A stretch of 64,000 nucleotides of DNA from the human T2T-CHM13v2.0 reference genome, Homo sapiens: assembly GCF_009914755.1 (NCBI RefSeq), contig NC_060936.1; one strand, given 5' to 3'. Positions 43,451 to 55,570 of the stretch are shown piece after piece. The notes under the pieces were generated by a model. It was not told the origin of the DNA. It saw only the letters and a program-made list of their open reading frames with translations, and did not search any database. Position 1 is the first letter of the stretch, and the number at the start of each line of letters is the position of its first letter. The translations under genes were made by a program, and so were the position numbers.

Positions 43451-43999
43451 TGGCTGAACCCGGGATAGAGGAGGGTTGGGGGTGTGTGTTCCTGTACAAG
43501 GCTGACAGTGGCCTCTTGGTGTCAGGGACATCTGAGCAGAGACCTGAATGATACCAGGGAGCAAACCATGAAGAGCTGGGAAAAGGCAGATTATCAAAGA
43601 ATTGTATATTAACTCATATTTAAAACAAAGTTATAAAATGAATGTTATAAATATTTATATCAGCTTTTTCTCCGCTTGTCTTTGTGTGGTTTCAACAGTG
43701 ACAATGAGGATTTATTTTTAATCTCGGGATCTTGCTCCCTCCTCTACAAGTTGTCCATTTTACAGGCAAGGAAACCAAGGCTCCAAGAGATGAAGGTTCC
43801 AGGGCCACACAGCTAGTAAAGAGCAGTTAGGAGGCCAGTCCATTCAGATTCCAGAGCCAGGGGCTGTTTCCCCACATTACAGATAAGGAAAGTGAAGCAC
43901 AGAGAAGGGACTGCCCACCCCACGTTGCCTGGTACTGGAAGAAACAGGATCTGAACCTGGACAGACTGGCTAGAAATCCTGAATTTTCACCCTCCATTC

Positions 44000-44185
44000 T
44001 TGTGCTGTCTAATGCGGCAGCCTGTGTGGCTATTCAAAGGCACATTTAATACGTATATTAAATAAAAATTAAAAATCAGTTCCTCAGTCGCAGTAGGCAC
44101 ATTTCAAATGCTCAACAGTGGAACATGGCTATCCTGCAGATACACAGTGTTTCCATCATGGCAGAAAGTTCTGTGGATGTGCTCC
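44000..44185 (+). mobile_element. MER3-like hAT fossil
   Basis: aaaattaaaaatcagttcctcagtcgca...cacatttcaaatgctcaa...tttccatcatggcagaaagttct. Confidence 0.7.
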
Positions 44186-44328
44186 TGTCCAATAAACGTA
44201 AAGGGCATAAAAACCAGTGAGCACCCAGGAACTTGGGAAGGGCTTGGCACATGTCTGTGACACCGCTGTCACTGCTGCTAGAATGGAGACTCAGAACAAA
44301 CACTCCCCCTCCCCCTGCCCATTCACAC

Positions 44329-44508
44329 CTGCTTCTTCTTCAGCTTAGAGATCTGCTGCTCTACCATGGTGATCTCTCGGTCCACGCGGTCCATGTTCTG
44401 GATCAGCTCCTCCTTGGACAGCCGTGGCGGCACCAGCTCCAGCTCAGGGTCAGTGTGCGGGGGGCTGGGGGGAGACACCGGTTCCAGCTTGCCCGTCAGG
44501 CTACGGTC
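44329..44508 (-). CDS. NCOR2: NCOR2 coding exon (180 nt): DRSLTGKLEPVSPPSPPHTDPELELVPPRLSKEELIQNMDRVDREITMVEQQISKLKKKQ
   Basis: Acceptor ttttctgccacag|GAC, donor CAG|gtgtga; phase 0 to 0; start of the GPS2-binding coiled coil. Confidence 0.96.
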
Positions 44509-44571
44509 CTGTGGCAGAAAAAAAACGGGCATGGGGTCAGCACAGGGGACACCCCCCAGTCTGTACAACCC

Positions 44572-45018
44572 TGTGATGGTTAATACTGTCAACCTGATTG
44601 GATTGAAGGAGGCAAAGTATTGATCCTCGGTATGTCTGTGAGGGTGTTGCCAAAGGAGATTAACATTTGAGTCAGTGGGCTGGAGAAGGCAGACCCACCC
44701 TTAATCTGTGTAGGCACCATCTAATCAGCTGCCAGCGAATATAAAGCAGACAGAAAAATGTGCAAAGGCGAGACTGGCCTAGCCTCCCAGCCTACATCTT
44801 TCTCCCGTGCTGGATGCTTCCTGCCCTCGAACATCACACTCCAAGTTCTTCAAGCTTTGGGACTCAGACTGGCTTCCTTGCTTCTCAGCCTGCAGATGGC
44901 CTGTTGTGGGACCTTGTGATCGTGTGAGTTAATACTCCTTAATAAACTCCCCTTTATGTAATATATATATATATTTTTTCTATTAGTTCTGTCCCTCTAG
45001 AGAACCCTGACTAATGTA
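44572..45018 (+). mobile_element. MLT2A-type ERVL solo LTR
   Basis: tgtgatggttaatact...tgattggattgaagg...ctattagttctgtccctctagagaaccctgactaat. Confidence 0.85.
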
Positions 45019-45026
45019 GTTGCCAA

Positions 45027-45199
45027 CTTTTTGCCTGCTGCCATCCATGTAAGATGTGACTTGCTCCTCTTTGCCCTCCGCCATGATTGTGAGCCCTCCA
45101 CAGCCACATGGAACTGTGAGTACAATTAAACCTCTTTCTTTTTTAAATTGACCAGTCTTGGGTATGTCTTTATCAGCAGCATGAAAACGGACTAATACA
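45027..45199 (+). mobile_element. THE1-type MaLR LTR, 3' half only
   Basis: gccatccatgtaagatgtgacttgctcc...ggtatgtctttatcagcagcatgaaaacggactaataca. Confidence 0.85.
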
Positions 45200-46698
45200 C
45201 ACCCCCTCCCCAATACACCCCGGGTTTCCATCCCTGACTCCAGGCCCAGAGTCCTGGACATCTGTCAGGACAGTCCTCACCTGTTCAAGGATCCCATTCC
45301 CATCCCAGCCATCACCCATTCTCCAAAATTCAGAGTCCCTTACAGCCTTCAAGATGCGGTTCAAATGCTCTTGCTACATGAATGGTTTCCCAGCCTCTCC
45401 TCAAGTTGTGAAGTCTTCCAACTCCCTGTTCGCGTAACACACCTCTCTTCTTCCACTTACCCCATCTGTGTGTTCCCCACCAGCCCAAGGAACCAAGACC
45501 CACAGCCTCCATTCTCCCAAGGCCTGGCCTCTGCATACCCTCTGTAAACATTCATCCATGAAGCTCAGTCCAAACACGCAAGTTCCAGAACCATGCAGCC
45601 AACACACACGTGGCTTTGCAGAAAACATATGTTCCCAAACACACGGAAAAGCCATCAGAACGGGCTACAGTTAAGCTAAAAGGAGTTATCTCGGCAGCAG
45701 GGCAGAAGAGGGTATTTTTACTTTCTTCTTTTTATTTGCCCGTTATTTTTTCTGATCTTCTTTCACTGAGAGTCACTCTTTGTGTAATACAGCTGTTTTT
45801 GAAAATGTGCTTAACAACAAAGGAAGCCTGCATTCAGTTATCCATGGACGCCTTCATCCCACCAGCTAAAGTCTGGTGCACCCAGGCTGTGCTGGAAACA
45901 CTCTCAGGATAAGGAGGTTAGAAAAAACAACCCAGGCCTCACCTGTGCAGCCCTGGGTTCAAATCCCAGCCCCCTCTGCCACTCTCCAGTTCCGTGACCT
46001 CCAGCAGGTCATTCAACTGCTTCCTGCCTCAGTTCCTCATCTGCCCAATGGGGAGAACAGCTGGCACCTCCCCGGTCCTTGTGAGTCTTGAATGAGTTAA
46101 TGGCTCTGAGCCTGGCATACCGTAAGCCTCAATAAATGTTGGCTGGGATGGTCCTCCCCTAGCTGGGCTCCAGAACCCAGCCCCCGCCCTGTGCCATCCT
46201 TGGGGCCAAGCCGGCAGCTGCTGGCAGACAAGGCCCAGAGCAGCGCCAGGCCACCACCTCCCCGCCCCCGCAGCAGCTGCACCCAGAGGACACAGGGTGC
46301 ATTATTCTCCGGACAACTGCAGCCCGGGGGCCACCGAGTGCCCCACCAACCTCAGGATTCACAGAGGCTGCATCATCTTCTGTCCACTCCTGCCATCCTC
46401 AGGGCCTCTGTCCTCCCCTCACCCCACAGAGCCCCAGCAAGACCCACAGGGGCCAAGAGTCTTGGAGTCACATTAGGTTTGCCTCTGGCCTCTGTTACCA
46501 TGTGAGATGTGGGGGCAAGGACAGCAGGGGCCTGGACAACCCGGTGCTCCCTCCACACACACGGACTCCTCGAGGGAAACAGAGAAAAGGGCTCATATCC
46601 CTCAATCGCCCCAATGCAGTCCTCCATGCTCCTCAGGCCACCTCCCCCAGGGACACCTAGAAATCACACCTGGGGCTGCTCACAGCTCAGCCTATCCC

Positions 46699-46743
46699 AG
46701 TCCTCTGCACACCCCATGAAGTCCTCTGCACACCCCATGAAGT
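46699..46743. repeat. 21-bp perfect tandem duplication agtcctctgcacaccccatga x2
   Basis: Direct reading. Confidence 0.9.
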
Positions 46744-46832
46744 GGATCCCACAACAGCCCTCCGAGGGGACTGCTGCTCCATCTCCATTACGCAGAGGCA
46801 GAAACAGAGCCTGGAGGCCACTGGGGCTGGAT

Positions 46833-47055
46833 GCCAGAGGCCGGCACTTTCCTATAAAGGGCCAGATGGTAAAAATAGCTCAAGCTTTGAGGGCCACAAG
46901 GTCTCTGTCTCATCTACTCACCCCTGCCATTGTATTGCAAAAGCAGCCACAGGCAACGGGGAACAAATGGGCATGGCTGTGTGCCAATAAAACTTTATTT
47001 ACAAAAACACACTGAGGGCCAGATTTGGAGCTTGCTGGAGTTTGCTGGCCTCCTG
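46833..47055 (+). mobile_element. MER58A-like hAT fossil
   Basis: taaagggccagatggtaaa...catggctgtgtgccaataaaactttatttacaaaaaca...gggccagatttgg. Confidence 0.8.
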
Positions 47056-48129
47056 CTCTAAGCAATTCACAAATCTTAATCCACGTAACCGTCATAACCA
47101 CCGTGGGAAGTGGGATTTCTGTTTGACGACATGCCCAAGGCCACTCAGCATCCTACCTTGGAAGGTGCTTGAAGGGGGAGGCTGCAGGGGCTCCCACGTC
47201 AGAAATGGCCACACATCTGTTCACCCCACAGAACCGTGGGGCTGAGCCATGTGGGGACTCCACGTGGGGTCCCAGCCACACATCCGTTCACCCCACAGAA
47301 CCATAGGGCTGAGCATAAGCGCCAAAGCAGCACCCCTTCCAGGGACCCAGAGTGCAGGACCTCCAGAAACTCAAGGCAAAAGTGTGTGTGGAAGAAAAAC
47401 TCCCTAGAAAAAGCCTCAGGAGTGTGTATGCACGTACCAGTGGGTGTGGGGCCCTCACTGCTCCCCAACAGGAAGGCAGGCAGGGGGCCATGGGCATCTG
47501 ACCCCACCCACAGCAAACCATGGACAGCTCATGCGTCTGGCACCCCCGGGCCTTTGCACAGGCTGGCTCCGCTACCCAGAGTGCCCAACACCCCTTCTGT
47601 GCCAACTGACGTGAGACATCCCCACGCCACCGCCCAGGCCCTCACTGCGGTCCACCTTGGGTGCTTGGCTGGTCTCTCCCTACAGCCCATGTCATTTCTT
47701 GAGGTTCTTAAGACAAAAGGTGGCAGCAAACATGGCACCCAGAGCCCGGTCGCACTACTGGTGGCAAGAAACATCTCCGCTATCCTATCTCTGCTCTTCC
47801 ACCTGGACCAAGAAGAGAGATAACAGAGCAAGGACAAGGATGTGGAAGGAAGGGCTATGGGGGCCAGGCCACCCTAAAACTCTGAGAGCAAACTGCTCGT
47901 CCAACCTGGGAATAATTCTCCAAAGCAACATTAACAAAAAGAAGATTTCCATCCCCAGGGCTAACAGGCAGCACCAGGAGTAAAAGCAGCGGCTGGCAAC
48001 CACTAGCAACACTTGGAAAAGTTGCTGAAAACTTACTTCCTTTAAACTCTCCATGGATAAAAGCCGTTGTCTTTAATGGGTTCTTCTTTAAGTTCGGGTT
48101 TAGCTTTTATTCGCAGCAAAATTGCACAA

Positions 48130-49020
48130 GTAAGTCCATCACCTGATGAACAGATAAATAAAACATGGCATATCCATACAAGCAATGTGAAGGGCTGGAC
48201 ATGGAGGCCGAGGCAGGAGGATTGCTTGAGCCCAGGAGTTCAAGACCGCCTGGGCAACATAGCAAGACCCCATCTTTATTAAAAAAAAAAAAAAAAAAGG
48301 AATGAAGCACTGACCCAGGCTACACTGTGGATGAACCCCGAGAATATGATGCTGAGTGGAAGTGGACAGACATAAAAGGCTGCAGAGTGTACAATTCCAC
48401 TTACAAGAAATGTCCAGAATAGGCAAATCCAGAGAGATGGACAGTGATTCGTGGTTGCCAGGAAAAAGGAGGAGGGGGAAGTGGGGGGTGACATGGTTTG
48501 GCCGTGTCCCCACCCAAATCTCATCTTGAATTGTAGTTCCCATAATTCCCACATGTCATGGGAGGGGCCAAGTGGAGGTCATTGAATCATGGTGGCGGTT
48601 TCCCCCGTCCTGTTCTCATGATGGTGAGTGAGTTCTCATGAGATCTGATGGTTTATAAGGGGCTTTCCCCACTTTTGCTCAGCACTTCTTGCTGCTGCCA
48701 TGTGAAGAAGGACGTGTTTGCTTCCCCTTCCACCACGACTGTGAGTTTCCTGAGGCCTCTCCAGCCATGCAGAACTGTGAGTCAACTAAACCTTTTTCTA
48801 TTATAAATTACCCTGTCTCGGGTATGTCTTTATTAGCGGTGTAAGAACAGACTAACACAGGGAGTGACTGATTAATGAGTATGGGGGTCTCCTTTTGGGG
48901 TGATGAGAATGATCTAGAACTAGACAGGTGACAGCTGCACAACATTGTAAATGTCCTACAAGCCAACGAGCTCTTCACTTTAATGTGGTTACTTTTTTGT
49001 GAACCGACCCTCAACTGAAA
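48130..49020 (+). mobile_element. L1MB-like 3' fragment with a nested FLAM/Alu monomer (about 48203-48298) and a THE1 LTR
   Basis: gtccatcacctgatgaacagataaataaaacatgg...aaatgtccagaataggcaaatcc...ttttggggtgatgagaatg. Confidence 0.8.
48489..48859 (+). mobile_element. THE1C/D-type MaLR solo LTR
   Basis: tgacatggtttggccgtgtccccacccaaatctcatcttgaattgtag...gaacagactaacaca. Confidence 0.9.
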
Positions 49021-50079
49021 AAGAAGAGGCAAACCCGGATTGCCAAGAGCGCTTCCCCTGGTGCTGGGTTTCCCAGGACGGGGGCTGAGGGAGCCTGGCG
49101 GTCAGGCCTGCAGGTGCACTCCTGATGACTGTCCACCTTCCCACTCACCCAAAGCTGCAGGGAACAAAACAACAAACTAATACACCCCGCACAAGTTGCC
49201 AGGGGGCAGTGGGTACCTCTTACTCATCAGATGCCCCTGGTGTAAACTTCAAGCTAGCGTGAAAGAGAAAAGTTTATTATGCAAAACTGAAGACAGAGAG
49301 GCAGAAAAGCCCCTGGGCTCCCCTGTGCCAGCTCCAGGAAAAAGCAGGGCCCAGCTTCACGCACTCCCAATACACCCCCTACTCCGGCCACAATGACAGG
49401 TTCTAGGACAGGCATGGGCCCACTCATGGTGAGGAGGAAAAGCAGTTTGGGGCTAGAAATGCGGAGAGGAGGAGGAAGAGTTCTCTCTTTTTGCTGGCCT
49501 TGAACCTGGAGGAAGGCCTGGAGTCACCGGCTTCCTTCCTGCTAACACACCAAGACCCTGTGAAAGATGGCAGAGCCAAGGGATGAAAAGGGACAGGGTC
49601 CTGAGGACATCGTGTCACCTAGATCAAGCTGTTACCTGAAGCTAACCAATGCTGGACTTCAGTTATGTGAGCCAGAATTCATGTTTATATTTGATAGGGG
49701 CTGTCTGTCCCCCTTAGGGATTTTCAGAGATAGTGCTATTTGTGACAATTCTAAAGTCCCCAAAACAAAGTTCGGTGAATTCCCAAGGAAGTCTCTGATG
49801 CCACAAAACTCCGGAGGCTGAAGAGCAGAGAAGCATCAGAAAACAGGAACACGGTGGGGCAGAGGGGGCACACACAGAAAAATCCCATCAAATTCCTGCC
49901 TCAGGCGCCCAGCTGAATTCCACACAGCAGATGCAGAAAACCTCTCAACTCGCTCTCCCAGGCATCTTCCCTTGCTCAGACTTTCCAAATCTCTTCACGG
50001 CCTGGAGCAATTACTGCGGCCAGGCTGGTCAGGCCCCAGCACCAAGCTCATCACACCTCCACCTTGTGGTCCAAGCAGA

Positions 50080-50290
50080 GAGGAGAGAGAGACAGACACA
50101 GAGACGAAGACAGACAGACAGATCGAGAAACAGAAATGGACATAGATGAAGACAGAAACAGAGACAGAAAGACAGAGACGTGGTGACAGACACACACAAA
50201 GAGAAAGAGATAGAGATAGAGGGACACAAAGAGAAAGAGATGGAGAGGCAGAGACACAGACAGAGACAGACACAGAGACTAAGAGAGATC
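50080..50290. repeat. GA/GACA-rich low-complexity tract
   Basis: Direct reading. Confidence 0.8.
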
Positions 50291-50353
50291 CCAGAGGGCG
50301 CACCACAGGCAGAGGCATTCCTGACAAGAAGAGGGAAAGCCAGGCAGGCAGAA

Positions 50354-50439
50354 AGAACCACAGAGCAACGGTAAGGGACGGAGACCCTCCAGAACCCACA
50401 GAGCAACGGTAAGGGATGGAGACCCTCCAGAACCCACAG
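50354..50439. repeat. 38-bp tandem repeat x about 2.2 (cacagagcaacggtaagggaYggagaccctccagaacc)
   Basis: gagcaacggtaaggga at 50363 and 50401. Confidence 0.9.
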
Positions 50440-50587
50440 GCCAGAGCGCACGGACGTGCTGGAGAGGCGGGCAGGCAGCAACTCACCCCTCGGGCCTGCT
50501 CTCTGCGCAGAGACAAAACGCGCACCTGGGGGACAACTGCCCACTCAGGGGTTGGTCACCCTCCAAGGCTGGGCCCTGAGCTGCCTG

Positions 50588-50965
50588 CGCACAAACACAT
50601 GCACACACACGTGCACATGCACACACACGCACACACAAACACACGCACACATGCATATACACACATGCACACTCACGCACATGCACGGACACATGCACAC
50701 ACGTGCGCACACAAACACACATACACACGTGCAACACATGCACACTCACGCACACACACAAACACGCATGGACACACGCACGCACACACAGGTACATGCA
50801 CGCACACAGGCAGATGTGTGCACACACGCATACACACACACACGCAGGGACACACACAGGCACATGCGCGCATACACACGCACATGCGCGCACACGCACG
50901 CACACACCCGCACCCACACACAAACGCGCACACACACGCACGCGCGCGCGCATGCACACACACAC
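50588..50965. repeat. CA/CG alternating purine-pyrimidine tract ending in a (CG)n run
   Basis: Direct reading. Confidence 0.9.
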
Positions 50966-53900
50966 CCTGGCCTGCTATCCATCCAGGCCCCACTTCAGGG
51001 GAGTTGTTCAAATGGAAACATCTCTCCCAGGAGGCTGAGCTAAAATTCTCTCCTGCCTTCTGTAACAACAAAACAAAACAAAAGAGGAGAAAGCAGATTC
51101 CAGTGCTAATGGGGGATGCCAGGCAGAGGGAGGAGGGCACCCCACCAGGGAGACCAGAGGGGAGACCCACAGCAGCAGGTCAACCTGGAGGCAGGCATGG
51201 GGTGCACTCCCAGCTGCCTGGGCCTGAATCCCGTTCCCCCACGTCCAGCTCGCTCAGCCTGGGGCCGTCTACAAAAGGGGGTCACAGACCCAGCCTCCTT
51301 GGGCTGGGAAGAGATCAGGGAATGACACTGGCTGGGCATGACTTGGCACGTGGCAGGCAGTCGGCGCTCACTTAATGGCACCCGCCATCACTGCAGCATT
51401 CTTACCACTGCGTGAATGCCTCCTGCGTGCCAGCCTCCTGATAAAGGAGGTGCCTCACCCTAGGGGTCAACCATTCAATCCAATCCGGCCGCACTGGGCA
51501 GAAAAGGGGACCCTGTAGGCCTGAGTGGCCACTTCCCTCCCCGGGGCTGTCTCCCAGTCCCCACCGCCCACCCCTACTCCCGCTGCAGGAGGAGGATGGC
51601 CTTTGCCCTGAGGCTGCTAAGGAGCTTAGGGTGCCCCAGGGCTGTGCAGGGAGGGGCCCGTGTCACAGCTGGCCGGGCACCAGGCTACAACAAGGATTAG
51701 GATGCCACCTGGCCACAGCCCCACCCTGGCCTGGGCAGTCAGACACAGCTGGGTGGCTGAGTGACCCTGGGGGACTGAAGCCTCTGGGGACACTGCCTGC
51801 GATTCCCCCACCAGCCCTGCCATCGGCATCCTCTGTGGAAGCTGGAGAGAGAACAAGCCTCCAGCCTGGTATGTCCTGAGCTTTACTGAAACCACAGCAA
51901 ACTCCCACAGCAGCAAACCACAGGTGCTTAATCTGTGCACATCCTCACCACCGCCACCGTCTAGGTTCCACTTTCTGTTTCAAAGAGGAGTGAAATCAAA
52001 GGGCTGTGGAGGGCACTGGAGGCGTGGCAGGCCCCAGGCTGGACACACACGTGGGAGGTGTCGTTCTCCAGCCAAGAAATGGCCACGGGCCAAGCACCCC
52101 CAGGCGCCCTTGTCCGGCTGTGAGTTGTGAGTTCCTGCAAGGGCTGACTGGGCTCACAGGACCCTGGACTCCAGGCGAGTGGGGGAAGGAGGGGGAGCGG
52201 ATGGGGGTAGGGGGTGGGGGAGCAAGGGAATGGGGGAGGTGAGTGGATGGGGGAGGGGCAAGGCCACTGGTGGGAGATGATGGCAGGCAGAACCCATGGG
52301 TGAGGGGCGGCTGGGAGGTGAGGGGGAGGGGCAGGTAATGAAGGCAAGGACAGATGGCCGCAGGCAGATGGGCTGGGTGGCGCTGGGTGGTGGCTGGGAG
52401 TGGCTCTGTGGTAGGGAGGTTGCCCCAGGGGATGAGCAGGGAGAGTTGGCAGGAGCTGAGGAAGCAGGGGGTGAAGGGGAGTGAGCAGGACAGGGGGGCT
52501 GTTTGGGTGGAAAGAAAGAGAGGGAGGAAGAAGGAGGGAGGAAGGTGTAGAAGGAGAGAAGGAAGGGGAGGAAGGGCAGGAAGGATGTGCTGGAAGGGTT
52601 GGGCGTCGGGGCAGGGATGCTGGCTGGGGTACCCGAGGGGGCAGTGCCCGAGAGGAACTGGCATCGACACCAGTCCCAAGCCCAGACCCAAGTGCAGGCG
52701 GCCCAAGCCCCAGGCCACAGAGACCCCCTTCAAGGCCGGCAGGGCCCCTGTGGCTGAATCTCACACCCCAGGAGGACGTGGTGGGGCTGCAGCCTCAGCC
52801 ATGAGTGGCCTCGAGAGTCCCCACAGGGCTAGCCACAGGTCTCCCCTGCCATGCAGGCCCTGGAGGGCAGCCAGGGCTGGAAGGAGCGAGGAAAGAGGAA
52901 TGTGCCTGGGGGAGGGCGCTCCTGCGGAGGGCACAGCCGGTGCAAAGGTCCCCAGGTGGGAATGTGCCTGGCGTGTTTGAGGAACTCCAGGGTGGCCTGG
53001 GAGGCTGTACGTGAGCGGTTGAGAGGGCTGCTGCAGGGAGATGAGGTCAGGGAGGTGACGGGGCTGGATCACGCCGGACCTGCAGCCCATGGCAAGGATT
53101 TTGGCTTTTTCCTGCTTGAGACAGGAGCCATGGATGGTTTGGAGCACAGGGGGGAACACACAGGGGGATGCAGTCGTCTGCCTTTATAAGAGCCCTCTGG
53201 CTGCTGCTTGGAAGATAAACTGAAGGGAGTAGAGGGAGGCAGGAGCAGGGAGACCCAGGAGGAGGCTACTGCAAAGTTACTGGAGAGCAATGACGAGCTC
53301 AGGCCGGGGGTTGCCTCAGGTGTGGGCAGAAGGCTGGAATTGAGATATTTTAGGGCAGAGGTGTCAGGATTTGCTGATGGACTGGAAGTACGCAGGAGAG
53401 CAGGGAGGTGGCCAGGGTGGAGTCCCTGAGTGCCAACAAGAACACAGCTGCATCCGCCGGGGGAGGTTCCTGAGTGGGCTCTCAGGCGCATGTGGTCTGT
53501 TGGCTAGGAGTTCATTAACTGACCTCCACTTTCCTGTGACAACTTGGTGAGGCGGGGACTGCCCCAGTGGCAGGGAGGCCAAGCCAGCCAACGACCACAC
53601 AGACACCCCAGCCCCTCCCTCCCCTGGCCCCAGAGGCAGCCCTGTGGGTATCTGGCAGGTGTGCAGGTGTCGGGGCCACAGCCACTCAGAGCAGGAGGGG
53701 AAGCCCAGCCATCCCAGCCCCAGGACGGCACCCCCACCTCCTGCCAGCCCAAGCCCACCCCAGGGATATCCCAGGTTCCACGCAGGTATCCTCTCTCCCC
53801 GAGAGAAGGCCGAGTCTGGCCCAGGTGGCCTGGCCCCGCAGCCAGACCACCACCCATGCCGGCTCACGGGTGCCAAATAGTTCCCACGCATGGGGCCCAC

Positions 53901-54964
53901 AGCCGAGCCCTCTACCCACATGACCAGGTGACACCCTGCCCACAAGGTCCCAGATCAGTGAGGAAGAAATGGGGATCAGAGAGGCACAAAGGCAGCACAG
54001 CTGTGGAGGTGGGGGTGGTGGAAATCGCACCTGGGTCACCTGAGGGCAGATGGACGGAGGGCCCTGGGATAAGTGAGTGTGCCCAGGTGAGGCCTGGGCC
54101 CACCTGCAATGCCAGGCAGCCCCCCATGGAGATGCAGACGAGCCTGAAGTTGTCTGGCTCCCCTGCCCAAAGTGCATCCGTGGTCCCTCAGGCCTGGGTG
54201 GCTGCAGACTCAACCCACGCTAGCCCAGTGCCACACGGTGGCCCAAGGAGCAGCCAGACTGGGCAGTAGAAGGCGGCTTTGTCATTCTAGGGGTCCAGGC
54301 CATGTCCTAACCAAGCACCGCCCCTTTAGTGCTGAGCCAACTCTGTCTCATCTCACTTTGCGGGACTCTGGAGTCTCCCCTCCCTGACCCTTAAGAATCC
54401 AGAAGCCTCAGGTGCCTGGCAGAGCCCTGAGCTGTCCACCTCGCGGGCCGGGGTTCAAGGCCCAGGGGGCTGCCTGCTGTGCAGGGCTCGAGGCAGGGGT
54501 CACTGAGCCCCCTGTTCCAAGCAAGCATGGAACCAAACAACCCACCCTCGAGGAAGCTCTCAGAATGTGCTGAAAGCTGCCCACCGACCACAGGACGGTC
54601 CTGACCCCCATCGAATGGCAGCTCTCTGCTCCACGGCACCCCAGGCCCTCCCATCCCAGCTCTCCCCTCCCTCACGCCAGCTACCCCGTGACCACAAGCC
54701 TATTCCTGCCCCAGGGCCTTTGCACTTGCTGCTCTGCCCACCTGGAACACCTTCCCCACTTCTTCCCACACTCTGGCACCTCCAGAGACCCAGCGCCTGC
54801 CCTCTTCCTGCCACCCAGCTCTGTGCACCCGGTGCTTGGCCCACCTCCAAGCCTTTGCCCGAGCTGCCCCCTCCCTGCACCCCTACCCACCACCTCCCAC
54901 CCAGCCCAACCAGCAGCAGAACCTCAAGCGGGAGAGGAGCTCCCAGCTGGGGGCCCAGGCTTAC

Positions 54965-55142
54965 CTTGGTGAGGTCTTCAGATCCCGCAGGCTGGCCCGT
55001 GGCCAGCAGGGGTGACGGTCGCAGCAGGGGGTCAGGCAGCAGCTCTAGCCGAGGGCGCTTGCTTTCAATGAACTCCATCTCTGACTTCCCCAGCTCGGGC
55101 AGGTATGAGTGGGACTCTGGCCGCAGGTGGAGCTCCTGGGAC
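54965..55142 (-). CDS. NCOR2: NCOR2 coding exon (178 nt): (R)SQELHLRPESHSYLPELGKSEMEFIESKRPRLELLPDPLLRPSPLLATGQPAGSEDLTK
   Basis: Acceptor tcctgcag|G, donor AAG|gtaag; phase 2 to 0, completes the split Arg codon. Confidence 0.96.
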
Positions 55143-55449
55143 CTGCAGGAGGTGAGGCATCCAACGTCACATAGGAGATTGTGGCTCTGAGAACTCCCGA
55201 GGCCCCGACCACCCTCTGCGCCGAGCATCTACTGCGCGCCGTGCTCTGTATGATCCTGCCAGGAAGGTGCTCACAGGAGCCCACCTCCCACGGTCCCACA
55301 GCAGGGCAGGACTCCAATGCAGCGCTGCCTTCCTTCAGGTCCACATTCACCGAGGACATTTACAGGGAGGGAGTGTGCTACGGTGGCACTGGAACACCCC
55401 AGAGTGACTGCCCCTCCCTTGCTACGGACCACCCCACCGTCCCCACCTG

Positions 55450-55570
55450 GGGCTGGCTACAATGCAGAATCTCCAGTACCATCTGAGGCCTACTGAGTCA
55501 GACTCGGCATTTTAACAAGATCATTGGGTGGTTCACAGGCACAGTCCATCCGGGAAACGCTGTGAGCCTA
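55450..55570. mobile_element. MER5A-like hAT fragment
   Basis: aatgcagaatct...cctactgagtcagact...gcattttaacaagatc. Confidence 0.6.

Noticed and set aside
48030-48120. AT-rich stretch with a GAA|GTAAGT donor on the minus strand and a coding-looking peptide (RIKAKPELKEEPIKDNGFY)
   Set aside because: No convincing upstream acceptor, and it abuts an L1 fragment
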